The notes under the pieces are model-generated. The model was not told the DNA's origin, ran no database searches, and was given only the letters and a program-made list of their open reading frames with translations. A stretch of DNA of 64,000 nucleotides from Mantamonas sphyraenae STR306 (taxonomy: Eukaryota > Protista > CRuMs), in the NCBI GenBank assembly GCA_026936335.1, contig JAPMXV010000026.1, positions 1 through 64,000 of the forward strand, given 5' to 3'. Shown one piece after another: positions 30,903 to 42,786 of the stretch. A program made the translations under genes and the position numbers. Within the stretch, counting starts at the first letter, position 1. Each line of letters starts with the position of its first letter.

Positions 30903-32876
30903 GATCCACCCTCCGACCCCGTCCCTGCTCCCGACGACGACGACGACATCTGTGCCAACGCTGCCGTAAACTCGTCCGAAACGAGCAGCGACAAAAGGTT
31001 ACGGTTGGACTCGCCAGCCTGCACAATGATCCCGCGCTCCATAAGCCGCACCGCGTTGAATGCTGCTGCTTCCAGTTGCCTGTCCTTGCTGTAGCGGCAC
31101 CGCTTGTACACGTCATGCGCAAGCACCAGGAAGCTTGTACCCTCGCGTCCACTCAGCTGTGGCACAAGTGACCCCAGAAACTTTCGGTTGCCCGCCAGGT
31201 TCGCCAGGATGCGCAGCGCCTGCCTTTTTTCCTCGCTGGACACGTCGCCCTCCAGCTTCGACGACAGCAACTCCAGCATAGGGTATGCATCCAAACGCAT
31301 CATCCGGATTTGCTGGTTCTCGTCCACACAGATGTTTGCCAGACCGCGAAGTGCGTGGATGCGCGTCAGCTCGTCCTCGCTCGATGTCGCCTGGTACAGC
31401 GTCACAAACCCAAGGTTTGCAACTACAGTGTTGCGCTGCGCCGTCAACTCTCGGTTGAACGTCATGTCCAACCCTTGGTCCGCCGGAAAGTCTGGCCACA
31501 GAAGCGGCAGACCACCAAACGCTCGCTCCACAAACGACTTTTCCCCTGCCATCTCACGCGCCTCATCCTTCTTCCGTTGCGCTTCTGCCTGCACCTTGCG
31601 CTCCACTTCCACCTCCATCATCCCCTTCTTCAGGAACCACGCACGCGTATCGTACGTCCCGGTCAGGTTGGCCAACAGCCCCACAAGTGGCCGGTGATAC
31701 CACACCTTGCCCTCAAACTTGCGCACCCATGCATTGATCTGCTTCTGCGGCACAATCTCCAGCACAATCGCCTGCAGGATCGGATCCACCGTCAAGTTCA
31801 GCAGCAGCTTCAAGATCTCCCGGGTCATCTCTGTGTCCTCGAAATCCAACGTCAAAATCAATGGCACCAGCCCACTTGCCACTGCAGGCATCTTTGCAAG
31901 AATGCCCACTGACATAGCTGTGTGTGTGTGTGTGTGTGTGTGTTGACCCGTGTACCATGGCCCGTGTCAGTCGCCTGCGCTTCCGCCTCGTTCCACCGCG
32001 TCCGGGAATCCATTTACCATCCACAGCAAACGTCGACACCAGACGCACAGCGTGCAGTTTGCACACTCGCTCCAAACCCTGTGTGTGTACGTACCCGGGT
32101 GTACCATCCCCCCCAGTGTTAGCCTTTTCTCTCCACACAGCCTCTCTCCTCGCCGCACCGCCAGCGCGCGCATGTTTCTCACCTCGTCCACGCTCTCTGT
32201 GTGTGTCCAGTGCTCAATCACCGCAGACAGGTGGTACTTGGATGCAATCACCCTCCGTGCAGCATCTACAACCCGACCAGGCCCACACACATCACCACAC
32301 ACAGCCGTGTCAGCGGATCCTCCAGCGCAAATAACCCCGCGCCCTCACCCCAAAACTCACCAAGCGCCGTGAGCTTGCACGCTGCCTGCAGCGCCAACGC
32401 CTGATGCTCCATGTCTGCACTGTGCAGGAAGCCAATCACAGACAGCATACTCTGCGACGCCGCCAACAGCTTCGTTTCGTTCACTACGCATCACCACACA
32501 CACACAGTGCAAAAGCCCAAGTGGTGTCAGCGCCAAAATCTTCCCCCAGCCATCAACGGTCGTCCCATCTCCAGGCCATCACACACACACACACATCCAC
32601 ACACTATCCACTTACAAGTCAACTCTTTGGTCGCAATCAGCCGCACCATATCCAGTTGCAACTCGGTCAGTGCGGACAACGTTGCAGGCACGTCTGCGAT
32701 GCGAAATGAAAAGCAGCCGCCGAGTGAGTTTGCGGACGCCTCGAACCACTCCCGTTCCTCCACAAACTCCACAGCCCTTCCTCAACCACCTCCCCACTCG
32801 CTCCCCTCCCATTCACCGGCCTACCTTCCACACTGCCACTCATGCCCAAGGCATCGAAAACAGTGGCAAAATCCAT
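30095..32876 (-). CDS. Multi-exon ARM/HEAT-like repeat protein with disordered C-terminus, function unknown
   Basis: Large terminal exon (30095-~31915) with ALRGLANICVDE and ALRILANLAGN; short upstream exons with GT-AG sites between 32200 and 32876. Exon structure not fully resolved. Confidence 0.6.
31920..31943. repeat. (TG)n microsatellite, probably intronic
   Basis: Uninterrupted run of about 11 TG units. Confidence 0.9.
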
Positions 32877-32923
32877 GACGACCTGCAGCAAACCGAAAAA
32901 CTCGTTTCTTTTCCTTGCCTCAC

Positions 32924-34762
32924 TCAACGCTTGCTCGCCTTGCCCACACGTACTCGCACCTCGCACGCCTCCAACGCAGGCAGCCGCTCCAAGGACACCA
33001 CTGGCTTGTGTGTACGCAGCCGTTTGCTGGACGTCAACTGTGAATCGTCCATCAACCTCGCCAGCGCAGCCTTTTCCTCCTCATCCAGCAAGCCACTGCT
33101 CTCCTCACCCTCTTCACCCTCCTCCGTCTCCACGTCCACCTCTTCTTCCTCCTTCTCAACCTCTGCCCGCTGCACCGCTTCCGTCACGTCGCTGAACCGC
33201 AACACGTACTCCCCCTCGCCCAGATCCTCCGGCAACACCAACTGCCCCTCCTCTACCACCGTCTTGCCCCCTCGCACATCCATGCACACGCTGTACACCG
33301 GCGGGTAGCTACTCGATGCAAACGCAATCCTTTGTCGCTGCTGCCTCTTGCCGCTTTTCTGCACACTGCTCTCCTTTCCCTCCTTGCCATCCTTTCTCTT
33401 CTTCTTGCCACTCCCGCTGCTTGCTCCCTCGCTTTCCTCGACTTCGGCCAACAGTTGTACCTGCACCACCCGGTTGTCTTCTCCCTCCACCTCGCGTACC
33501 CGCCACATCCTTCCATACTCCCCAAGCTGCGCCAGTGCACGTTCATACGCCTCGTTCTCCATCGATGCCATCATCGCCGCCACCTTGTTGCTGCTCTTGC
33601 TTCCGCCTCGCCGGCTCGTCGTCGATCCAGACACAGATCCGCCGCTCGCCCCAAGCGACTTGCTCACATGTTTCTCCGCCTCTGCCCGTGCCCGTCTCTC
33701 ACGCTCCTCCGGTGTCAACCGCACTTCCTCACACTCTTTGCGCAGACACACAACCTCCAAACGCGGCACCTTGGCCCCGGCCCAAAGCACCAACACGTTC
33801 TCCTCCTCCTCCGCCTCGTCACTCTCCTGCCACGATGGCACCGGGTCAGCAGGAAACATCATTGTCGCATACTCCACAGGCGTAGACCCGTCGTTGTCTC
33901 CCTCCGTGCTGCCGCTCTTTGACTTGGACCCGTTCTTCTTCTTCTTCCTCGCCGACTTGCTTCCGTCGTTCCCGCGACGCCCGCTGCTTCCGCTCCCCGA
34001 TCCACCCTCACTCACTGCATACGTGTACTTGACACGCAGATGTGTCGGTTGGTCCACTGGCACGTCACCTGCAAACATGCCCGTGTACACCAGGCCACTC
34101 GCCGCTTCAAACAACTTTCCTTCTCCTGCACGCATTTCCTCCTCCCAGCCTCCTGTGTAATGCGACCCGTCTGCGTATTGCATCCTTCCCTGTCCATGCC
34201 GCTTGTTTCGCTTCCATTCCCCTTCGTACACGTCGCCGTTTGCGTACGAAAGCACCCCGTGGCCCGACCGTTGATGCTTCTCAAACGCCCCCTCGTACAC
34301 ACTGCCGTCCGATAGTCTGTGCCATCCCTGTCCGTGACGCACATTGTCCCTCCAATCCCCTTCGTACTCCTCATCTGCTCTCATCCAGTGTACACCGCGC
34401 GTGTCAGTCGCCCAAACGTTCGCCCCACCTGCTTGCTTCTCGCTGCTTCTCGCCCAAACTCCCTTACCTCGTTCCACGTCCACGTGCCTACCGCGTCCAT
34501 GACGCTCTCCAAACTCAAAGGTCCCTTCGTAGAAACTGCCTCCTGTGCCGTACCACCGTACGCCTTCGCCACACATCTCCCCGGCCACAAAATTGCCCTC
34601 AAACACATCGTCCCCAATCTGAAACTGGCCCCACCCCTCCTTCTGGTTCAACACCCAGTCTCCCGAGTACGCAAACACCCCGTTGGGATACACGTACGTG
34701 CCCTGGCCGTGTCGCAGCTGCTTGTGCTCGTCCCCTACGTAGGACATGTTTGTTCTGGCCAT
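32924..34762 (-). CDS. MORN-repeat protein (MORN1-like); intron 34467-34375
   Basis: Repeated YEGxWxxNxRHGQG units in the N-terminal part; low-complexity C-terminus. Confidence 0.88.
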   Translation of the reverse strand: MARTNMSYVGDEHKQLRHGQGTYVYPNGVFAYSGDWVLNQKEGWGQFQIGDDVFEGNFVAGEMCGEGVRWYGTGGSFYEGTFEFGERHGRGRHVDVERGKGVWARSSEKQAGGANVWATDTRGVHWMRADEEYEGDWRDNVRHGQGWHRLSDGSVYEGAFEKHQRSGHGVLSYANGDVYEGEWKRNKRHGQGRMQYADGSHYTGGWEEEMRAGEGKLFEAASGLVYTGMFAGDVPVDQPTHLRVKYTYAVSEGGSGSGSSGRRGNDGSKSARKKKKNGSKSKSGSTEGDNDGSTPVEYATMMFPADPVPSWQESDEAEEEENVLVLWAGAKVPRLEVVCLRKECEEVRLTPEERERRARAEAEKHVSKSLGASGGSVSGSTTSRRGGSKSSNKVAAMMASMENEAYERALAQLGEYGRMWRVREVEGEDNRVVQVQLLAEVEESEGASSGSGKKKRKDGKEGKESSVQKSGKRQQRQRIAFASSSYPPVYSVCMDVRGGKTVVEEGQLVLPEDLGEGEYVLRFSDVTEAVQRAEVEKEEEEVDVETEEGEEGEESSGLLDEEEKAALARLMDDSQLTSSKRLRTHKPVVSLERLPALEACEVRVRVGKASKR

Positions 34763-34800
34763 AACGGCGCCCCGCCACCAACCATCCCCCACAACCGACC

Positions 34801-36285
34801 ATGTGCTGCTGTTGCGACGGCTACGATGCTATCATTGCCTTTGTCAACTGGCTGGTCCACATCTTCTTCCGTGACATCAAGGTCACGGGCGAGGAGAACA
34901 TCCCCGACGATGGGCCGGTGATTTTTGTCGGCAACCACCCAAACGCTCTCCTCGACCCGGCCGTCCTCCTCGCCAACGTGCCCCGCCGCGTCTCTGTCCT
35001 GGCAAAGAGCACGCTGTTTTCCGTGCCCTTTCTCGGATGGATGATCTCTGCTGCACACGCCATCCCTGTCTTCCGTTCCCGTGACCGCAAGGACAAGAGC
35101 AAACCCACAGACCACAGTGCCATGTTTGCCGCCGTCCACGACGCCTTTGCCGACGGCAATTGCATTGCCATTTTCCCTGAAGGCATCTCCCACGACGAAA
35201 CTTCCCTGCAAGAGCTCAAGCCTGGCGTGGCGGTGATGGCCCTCGGAGGGCAGGCCAAGCTCGACCGTGCCGCCACACCCATTCGCATTGTCGCATGCGG
35301 CCTGAACTACATGGTCAAGGACCGCTTCCGCTCTCGTGTCCTTGTCGAGTACTCGCCTCCCCTCGAGGTCGATGCAGAGCTCGCCGCTCAGTTTGAAGCC
35401 CAGGCCGCCGACTGCCCTTCCCCATTCCGCCGTGAGGCCACACAGACCCTCATGAGCCACATCGAGGCACTCATGCGTGCGGTGACTACAAATGCCGACG
35501 ACTGGGAGACGCTCGAGGTCATCAAGCTCGGCCGCCGCTTGTTTGTCCCACCCGACCAGCTGCTCTCTGTGCGCCAATACCTCGGCGTCAACCGCCGCTT
35601 TGCCGAAGTGTACACCGAGCACAGGGACCAACCCGAGGTTGCCGACTTGTTTCAGCGTGTCAGCGAGTATCGTGCTGACCTCATGCGCTTGGGGCTGGAA
35701 GACTACCAGGTGCGCGCAGAAAACCCCACCTGCTGCATCCCGCTGTTCACCACCACCTACCTCATCCTCTACATGCTTATTCTGTTCCCCATCGCCTTGG
35801 TCGGCAACATCATCCACTTGCCCATCATCCTCACCGCCCGGCTCAGTGCTGCCGCGCACGCCAAGAAGGAGGGCAACGATGTCATTGCCACCTACAAGCT
35901 TATGCTCGCCTTTTTCGTCACCCCTCTTCTCTATCTCGCTTACGACATCACCGCGGGCCTCATTGCCAACATGTGGGAGGTCGGCCTCATTTGCGCTGCG
36001 GCCCTGCCCATCCTCGGCTGGATCACCATCCGCGTCAACGAGGAGTGGGCCCTTGTCATGACCAACCTCAAGGCAAACTGCGGCGTCATCAACTTTCAAC
36101 GCGAAATTGACGAGCTGCGCCAGACACGCGACGGCCTCGTTGTCGACGTCCGTGCTCTCGTCGACACCTACGCCAGCCCGGAGGACAGGGCTACGGATCT
36201 GTACGCCTCCACGACCGCAGACGACCAGCCAACCTCATCTCGCCTTCCCCTCCTGCGCCAAGAGTCTGCTGCACTGCGCCCGTGA
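34801..36285 (+). CDS. Glycerol-3-phosphate/DHAP acyltransferase (PlsC superfamily, SCT1/GPT2-like)
   Basis: NHPNALLD (HxxxxD), AKSTLF, IFPEGISHD and C-terminal TM segments. Confidence 0.9.
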   Translation: MCCCCDGYDAIIAFVNWLVHIFFRDIKVTGEENIPDDGPVIFVGNHPNALLDPAVLLANVPRRVSVLAKSTLFSVPFLGWMISAAHAIPVFRSRDRKDKSKPTDHSAMFAAVHDAFADGNCIAIFPEGISHDETSLQELKPGVAVMALGGQAKLDRAATPIRIVACGLNYMVKDRFRSRVLVEYSPPLEVDAELAAQFEAQAADCPSPFRREATQTLMSHIEALMRAVTTNADDWETLEVIKLGRRLFVPPDQLLSVRQYLGVNRRFAEVYTEHRDQPEVADLFQRVSEYRADLMRLGLEDYQVRAENPTCCIPLFTTTYLILYMLILFPIALVGNIIHLPIILTARLSAAAHAKKEGNDVIATYKLMLAFFVTPLLYLAYDITAGLIANMWEVGLICAAALPILGWITIRVNEEWALVMTNLKANCGVINFQREIDELRQTRDGLVVDVRALVDTYASPEDRATDLYASTTADDQPTSSRLPLLRQESAALRP

Positions 36286-36336
36286 CCACGAGTTTTCCAC
36301 AAACAACAAAGCTTCATTCGTCCTGACGACAGTTGG

Positions 36337-38281
36337 CTACCCCAAACTCTCTTGCTGGAGATGCAACAATTGCTGGACCTGAGCCATATTGCCGCTGCGT
36401 TGTAGCCAGCTCTGAAACATTTCCTCGATGCTCTGCTGCAGCTCGGTTTGGTCTTCCGGCGCCAGTTGTGCAATGCGTGCGTGAAACACGCTCACTGCCT
36501 CCTGCTTGGCCACCCAGCTGGCTCGGTACTCCTCGGGCACCACGTCGCGCAGTGACGTGTCCTCTTCCGTGTCCTCGTCGCCCATCTCAAAGGGAATGGT
36601 AAACTCGCAGTAGTCCTCCGCCGGCATCAGTGCGTACTCGCTCCCGCTGCCATCCGTGGCCCCGGCCGTCGACGACGACGCGATTCCGCTGTTTCCTGTG
36701 CTGCTGCTGTTGGACAGCTGCACGGGCTTGTCCCACAGATTGCACGTTGTGTCAAGGCCAACGAGTTGCCGGTGTGCAGCCAGACCCTTGTAGAAAGCAT
36801 TCAGAGGCGCCAGCTCCAAGTCCGAGTTCCAGCCCACAAGTACAGGCGACTGGTTGGTGTGTGCATACACGTGGCACTCTGTCGTGCTGCTCAGCCGCAC
36901 CGCACGGCTGCTGCAAATCAGCCGCACTCGCTCGCAGCTTTCCATCTTTAGCATCCGCGCTGCTCCCACCACTATCGTACAATTGGAGCAGTCGCTGATG
37001 GTCACAAAGTCCATGCCGCTCAGCAGGTACAGGAAACAACCGCGGCACGAGCTGATGAGCACCGACGAGCCCTCAAACTGCTCCTCATCGCCAAACACAT
37101 CGGTCACGTTGACCAGATCTTTGATCTTGTTGAACCGCCGCGACGCCACACACTGCAGGTCCAGCTCCATGCTGTCTGTCGAATCCATCGATGCGCTGCG
37201 TGTGCTGCTACTCAGTGGCTCCGGATGGGTTCCTGAGCTGCTGCTGCTCGCCCCACCGTTGCTGTTCCCGCTGCTCAGTCCAGACGTGTACTTGTTGATC
37301 ACCGTGCGGTCCAGCACGTACTGCTGCACCTTTTCCAGCTCCACCTCTGCCGATGCATCTTGCTTCCACAGCGATACCCCTGCACTCAGCCGCGGCTGCC
37401 TCCATTGCGGTGATGGGCCTGCGTGCAGCAACACCGCCAGCCGATCAAACTGTGCCGCGCTCACGCTGCTCACCTTGCCAAACTCGCCCTCCATCCACGC
37501 TTCGTACCCGACCAGCTGCAGCAGCGAGCGTGCGTGTTTGGTCAGGAATACCAGATAGCGAGCATGCTTTGCTCGCGACGCCCCGTTGCGTCCGTGTTGC
37601 TTGCTCGGCGATTTCGGGCTGCCGTGCATCAACCGCGCTCCTCCGCCTCCACCAGGCGATTGGATGTGTTCCCTGTGCGTGTGCATGCACATGTGTGCGT
37701 GTGTATGTCGCCAAACAGGTGTTTCGTACAACCCCGCGTGTGTACGTTTCTCCCTGTGTCAGCAGCGGCCGCTGGAGGTGTGCGCGCCCTTCCACCGCCC
37801 ATCTTCTGCCTCGCGACGTTTCCCCCCCACTCACTCGTTGTACGCGGACACATTCGACTCCCATGGCAACGTGTGGAACAGCTGTGTCCACAGATACACA
37901 CCCAGACTCCATGCATCCACCACGCCGCTCTCTGCCAACGTTCCCCGTGCGTGTGTGAGTGACCAGACACCGCCCGCGCCAATTTCGCTCTCCTCCTCCC
38001 GCTTCCTCCCCACGCTCACCTGCCCCTTCCAGATTCTGCACCAACGACTCGGCCATGTCAAACAGCACTTGTGCGCGTTCCTGCGCCATGCTCAGCTCCT
38101 CATGTGCATACTCGACCCACTCGTCCTTGCTCACGGCCCTCTTCCCGCTGCCTTCGCTGTCCTTCGCCACAAGATCGGCCAGCACGCCCTGCACACGCTC
38201 CACATCCCACCCATCGTGGTGTGTAGCATGTTGCAACGGGATCCCGCCGTACTGGAACACCTCCAATCGGATCCACAGCAT
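36337..38281 (-). CDS. TBCCD1: TBCC domain-containing protein 1 (multi-exon)
   Basis: N-terminal LWIRLEVFQYG; beta-helix ISSCRGCFLYLLS..VTISDCSNCTIVVGA; LAPLNAFY..L; NLWDKP. Confidence 0.85.
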
Positions 38282-38329
38282 CGCCCAATTGCCTGCACCC
38301 GCGCTGCGCGCCTGAACTGGCTTTCTCTT

Positions 38330-41300
38330 TCATTCGTCTTGCTCCAGCTCCTCCACCAGCTTCTCCGCATCAAACCGCCCTCCCTCATCAATGCTATTAC
38401 GCAACGCCAGCCTCCTTCCCCGCCCATCAAACGGCGACATGTCCCTTTCGCTCGCCTCCCCGTCTGTGCTCCCGCTCCGCTCCCGCCGCTTCGACCTCAC
38501 CCACACCTTGGGCGACTCTTCCGGATCCAACTCTCTCACCTTGCGCCTCGATCTCCTCTTCACCACAGGTTCCTCGTTCTTCAGCTCCTCCAGGGTCAGC
38601 GGCGTCGCCTCCTCTTCCCGCTTCCTTCGCTCCTCGTCTTCCTTCCGCTTCCTCTCCTCCAGCGCCCGCTGGTCTGCCTCCTCCGCCTCCTTTCTCTTGC
38701 GCATTTCCTCCTCTTGGATCGCCGCCAGCCGCTCCTCTTGCCTCCGTTGCTTATCCTTCCGCTTCTGTTCGTTCTTCTTCCGCGATTCCCGAAAGCTCTG
38801 CCTCTGCTTCACCTCGTTTGCCAGCGCTTCCTCGTCACCCATTGTCAGTTGGTCCACCGACGCTCGCCTCTTTCGCTCCTTCTCCTCCTGCTGCTTCTCG
38901 ATCGCCGCCTTGCGCAATCTCTGCGTCTTGGTCAGCCGTACCACCATCGACAGGTCGCTCATGCTGCGCACACCTGCCCCGGTACGATACCGTGCCTGTT
39001 TCGCCGCCTCCTCAGCCCGTGACTCGGCCACCTCAGCCCGTTTGCTCTCGGGCAGGTGAAGCCCGACCTTTTTCTTCTTTGCCTCCTCCTCACGCTCCTT
39101 TGCGTCCAAGTCGATCCGTGCGTGCTGCTTGTACGCCTGCGTCGGTTTCGTCAGCCTTGCCATACCCTCGTCTGCCGACGTGCTACGTGTCGGCAACAGC
39201 TTCTTCTTGGGCGACTGCTGGCCTGCGTCCTCCTCACCATGGCTCCACCGATGGTTCCTGTTCATGGACGGCTGTCCCTCCTTCGCCAGCTTCTCCTTCC
39301 CTTCCTTTTCGTTGCCCAGGTGCTGCTCCCGCTCCTTCTTCACCTGCTCCTTGTCGTTTCCCAGGTGCTGCTCCCGCTCCTTCTTCACCTGCTCCTCACG
39401 TGCTTTTTGCGCCGCCGTCTTGTCGTACAGTGACGAAGCATTGTTGATCTTCTCCCTCTCCTTCGCCTTGCGCTTCTCCTCTTGCAGCTTCGCCAGCCTC
39501 GCAGACGTCGCTTCCAGTTGCTCAATCATCTCTGCACGCGACAGCTTGGCCACGTCCACCTTGCCCGTGTCCTCCTCCTCAGACTCATCCTCCTCAACCT
39601 CTTCACCCTCTTCACCCTCTCCCTCGTGCACAACCACACTTCCGGTGCGTGAGCCGCGCGAGTCAAGCTCGCCCTCATCAACCACCTTGACCTGGTTGTG
39701 TTCCGCCACATCCGCCACGTGTTCGCTTGCCGGGTCTGTGCGCACAACGACGCTGCCACTGTCCGAATCTCGCGATCCACTCGCTGCCATCGGTGACCCG
39801 TGCACAACGACACTGCCACTGTCCGAATCCCGCGATCCACTCGCTGCCATCGGTGACCCGTGCACGACGACGCTGCCACTGTCCGAATCTCGCGATCCAC
39901 TCTCAACCATGGCCGATGACCCACGCCGCAGCGACGTCGAGCTCGCTGCAGATCCTCTCCTCGATTCACGATCCACAGACACCTGTCGGGACTCTGGTCT
40001 GCCCTTCGGCCGAGACGGGGGACGCGAATTCGGCCGTGACACGGGACGCGACGCAGGCCTCGATCCAGGCCGAGACGATCCACGCGACGCAGATGCCTCT
40101 GCCAGCTCTTTCTCAACAGCCATGCTCGGCTTGTCCCTCAACGCCCGCTCTTCCTGCAACTGCCTCTCTCGAGCCGCCGCTTCCCGCTCGTGCCTTCGTT
40201 GCCGCAGAGGATACTCGCTGTCCGACACATCCTCCACCAGAAACGCACTGCGACTGCGGCTGCGCTTGCTCGTCCCCTTCTTCTTCTTCTTCTTCTTCCT
40301 CTCTGCCGTCGTCGTTGCTGTCGTTGCTGTCGTTGTCGTCGTGGCTTCCCTGTCCACCGCCTTCTCCCCCTCTTCTCCTCCCTCTCCTTCCTCCTCTTCC
40401 CCCTCCTCCTCGTCATCCCCATCGTCCGCGCCCAGCACAGCACGCTTTCGCCGCTTCCGCTTCAAACGCCGCTTCCGCAGCTTCTTCTTCTTCTTCTTGC
40501 CCTGCTGCTCCGCCACGGCAAGATCAACGTCCACATCCATCATCACCAATTCGTGCTCCACCTCTCGCACCGACGCCTGCGAGACTCCACGTCGTGGTGT
40601 CTGCGAGCTTGTGTGTTCGTACAACTTGGAGCGCAGCGCACGTCCCTCCTCTACCCGTTTGCTGATCTTTTTGTTCTCTGCTTCGTACGGGTTGTTTGCT
40701 TGCCAACGGTCCAGTGCACTGCTTGGCCGTGCCTCACTTCCGCTCGCTGCGCTCACCGCGCTTGCTCGACTCCTTGTGCTCCGCGCGCTCTTTCCACGCT
40801 CCCCTCCGCCCTGTGTGGTGTTGTCCGGTGTACGCAGAGTCGATTGCATCCTCATTTCTCCCTCCCTGTGCCGTGCCAGCGATGCCTCCAGCTCGTGGTG
40901 ATGCCGAGGCGATTGCTCCCCGGGCATCGTACTGGCTGGCCGCCGTACCACCTCCGCCTTCACCTGATCCTCCTCCCTACCCCGTCGAGGCTTGCTTTCA
41001 CTCGGCGCTGTCTTGGGTCGCCTCGGTTTGCCCTTGACCTTGCGCTTGGTACGCCGTGTCCGCGAGAAACGCGGCACCGGCGGCATAGTACTCGTTGTCC
41101 GCCGCATTCGATACCGCTGCGTGTCCCCAATCGGCGCAAACCGCTGTGGCAACTCCCCGTCCTCTGGTCTGCGTTCGTACTTGCGTGTCGTGGGATACTC
41201 CTTCTGCAGAAAGAATTCAAAGGCCACACTCCAGTCCTCGCCCTGCCATGTGCCGTTGTCGTCCCACGCCATTGGTCATGATGTTGCATAATCGCGTTCA

Positions 41301-42278
41301 AACCCGTGTCAGCCACCCTATGCACGCCCACCCTCTCTACTTCCTGGACGACAGGGCCGTTTTCTCTCAACTTACCGTTGCTCCCGTCTCTGGAATCGTC
41401 TCTACGCTCCCCTGGCCAAAGTACTCCGTCGCCAATGGCTCGCCTGTGATTTTCGTGGCCATTTCTTTGCCATGCCCAAATGCCTGCCGAGCCACAGCCT
41501 GTGGATCCAGCTTGGCCCGCTCGCCAATCTTCACCGGCACAGGCTCGTTGTCCTCCGGGCCCTCTTCTGCAAACTGCACACGCTTCCTGCTCCGCACTTC
41601 TGCAAACTCCACCGCCTGACGCTGTTGGATCTGCTCCACGTTTGCGTTGACTCCAATGAGCTGTCCTACATGCAGTTCCGGGTTGCGAAACTTGAGTTGC
41701 TTCCTTGTCGCGTTGCCCCAGGCCTCTTCTGCAGCCACCTTCTTTGGCGTCGGCTGACTGTACGAAAGTTGTGTCGTTGTCACAAACGTCTCTCCGCTGC
41801 CCTTTTTATCCCTTCCCGTGCGTGTGGCCTCCTCGTGCACTCCCAATGTCTCATACGACGCGTTTTGTCGATTCGAACGGCGTCGTTCCAGATCCTCCGC
41901 CACAGCAATGGCTTTCAGCTCCTTATTGACGCGCGCCACAAGTTGCGGCGTGGTTGTTTGGGCACGAGACGACTGTCCACTCTCGCGGCCAGGATCCCGC
42001 TCGCCGCGGTGCCGGTGGTGATGCCGGTGCTTGTGGCTGTGGCTGTGGCTGTGGCTGTGCTGCCTGCGGTGATGATGGTGGCTCCCACCATCCCCACTGC
42101 CCTCACCACGCGTTCCGTGCCGGTCGTGCCCGTGTGTATGGTGACCATGGTGATGGCGGTGGTGTCGGTGTCGGTGTTCACGCCGCACATGTCCTTCACC
42201 GTCCTCGACGGACTGCCGCAACCCTTCCATCTCTTGCCTGCCCCGGCGCAAGACTGCGTCGTTGACCGCCAAACACAT
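38330..42278 (-). CDS. Large low-complexity/coiled-coil protein of unknown function; exons 42278-41376 and 41242-38330
   Basis: ORFs 41367-42278 and 38330-41272 are joined in frame by intron GTAAGT...GGCAG (41375-41243). His-rich, Lys-rich and E/R/K-rich tracts. Confidence 0.7.
39311..39396. repeat. Coding 45-bp tandem duplication (EQVKKEREQHLGN)
   Basis: CCCAGGTGCTGCTCCCGCTCCTTCTTCACCTGCTCC occurs twice, 45 bp apart. Confidence 0.88.
39740..39903. repeat. Coding 60-bp tandem repeat, about 3 copies (SGSRDSDSGSVVVHGSPMAA)
   Basis: Near-identical ...CTGCCACTGTCCGAATC.CGCGATCCACTC at 60-bp spacing. Confidence 0.9.
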
Positions 42279-42313
42279 GCAAACTATCGTTGTTGGCGCT
42301 TTGACGCTCTCTT

Positions 42314-42676
42314 TTACTCAAACTTCTTCCTGCTCACCCTCCTCTCTGTCTTGGGCTGCGGCTTCTTGCTTTCCACAAGCGCATCCAGCGCCTTTTGCTC
42401 CACTTTCACCGCCGCCAGGCCCTGGTGGTTGTACTTCACCTTGGCTGCCATCAGCTGTTCGATGCTGTCGTTGATATCCACCGTCGTCTTACGCAACATC
42501 TTGCGCAGTTCCCGTGCACGCTGCGACTTGTTTTTCACCGAAATGCCCCCGTCCCGCAGCACATTGCGGCTGCCCCCTTTCCTCTGCTTGCTCGACTTTT
42601 GCTTCTTTGTCTCCCGTGTTTTCGTCTTTTTGTTCGAGCCCAGGCCCCCCTTCTTCTTCAGCCGTCCCTGTACCAT
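42314..42676 (-). CDS. Small basic UPF0390/DUF2462 (C19orf53-like) protein
   Basis: MVQG..K start, Lys-rich body, TVDINDSIEQLMAAK motif. Confidence 0.65.
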   Translation of the reverse strand: MVQGRLKKKGGLGSNKKTKTRETKKQKSSKQRKGGSRNVLRDGGISVKNKSQRARELRKMLRKTTVDINDSIEQLMAAKVKYNHQGLAAVKVEQKALDALVESKKPQPKTERRVSRKKFE

Positions 42677-42786
42677 GCCTTCTGCCACGTGCAAAAAAAA
42701 ATCCGCTGCCTCCACAGGGGCTCGCCTCCCCTTCCCGACCAAACAAACCTCCACCCACACACACACACACACCTGAGTCGCGACTC

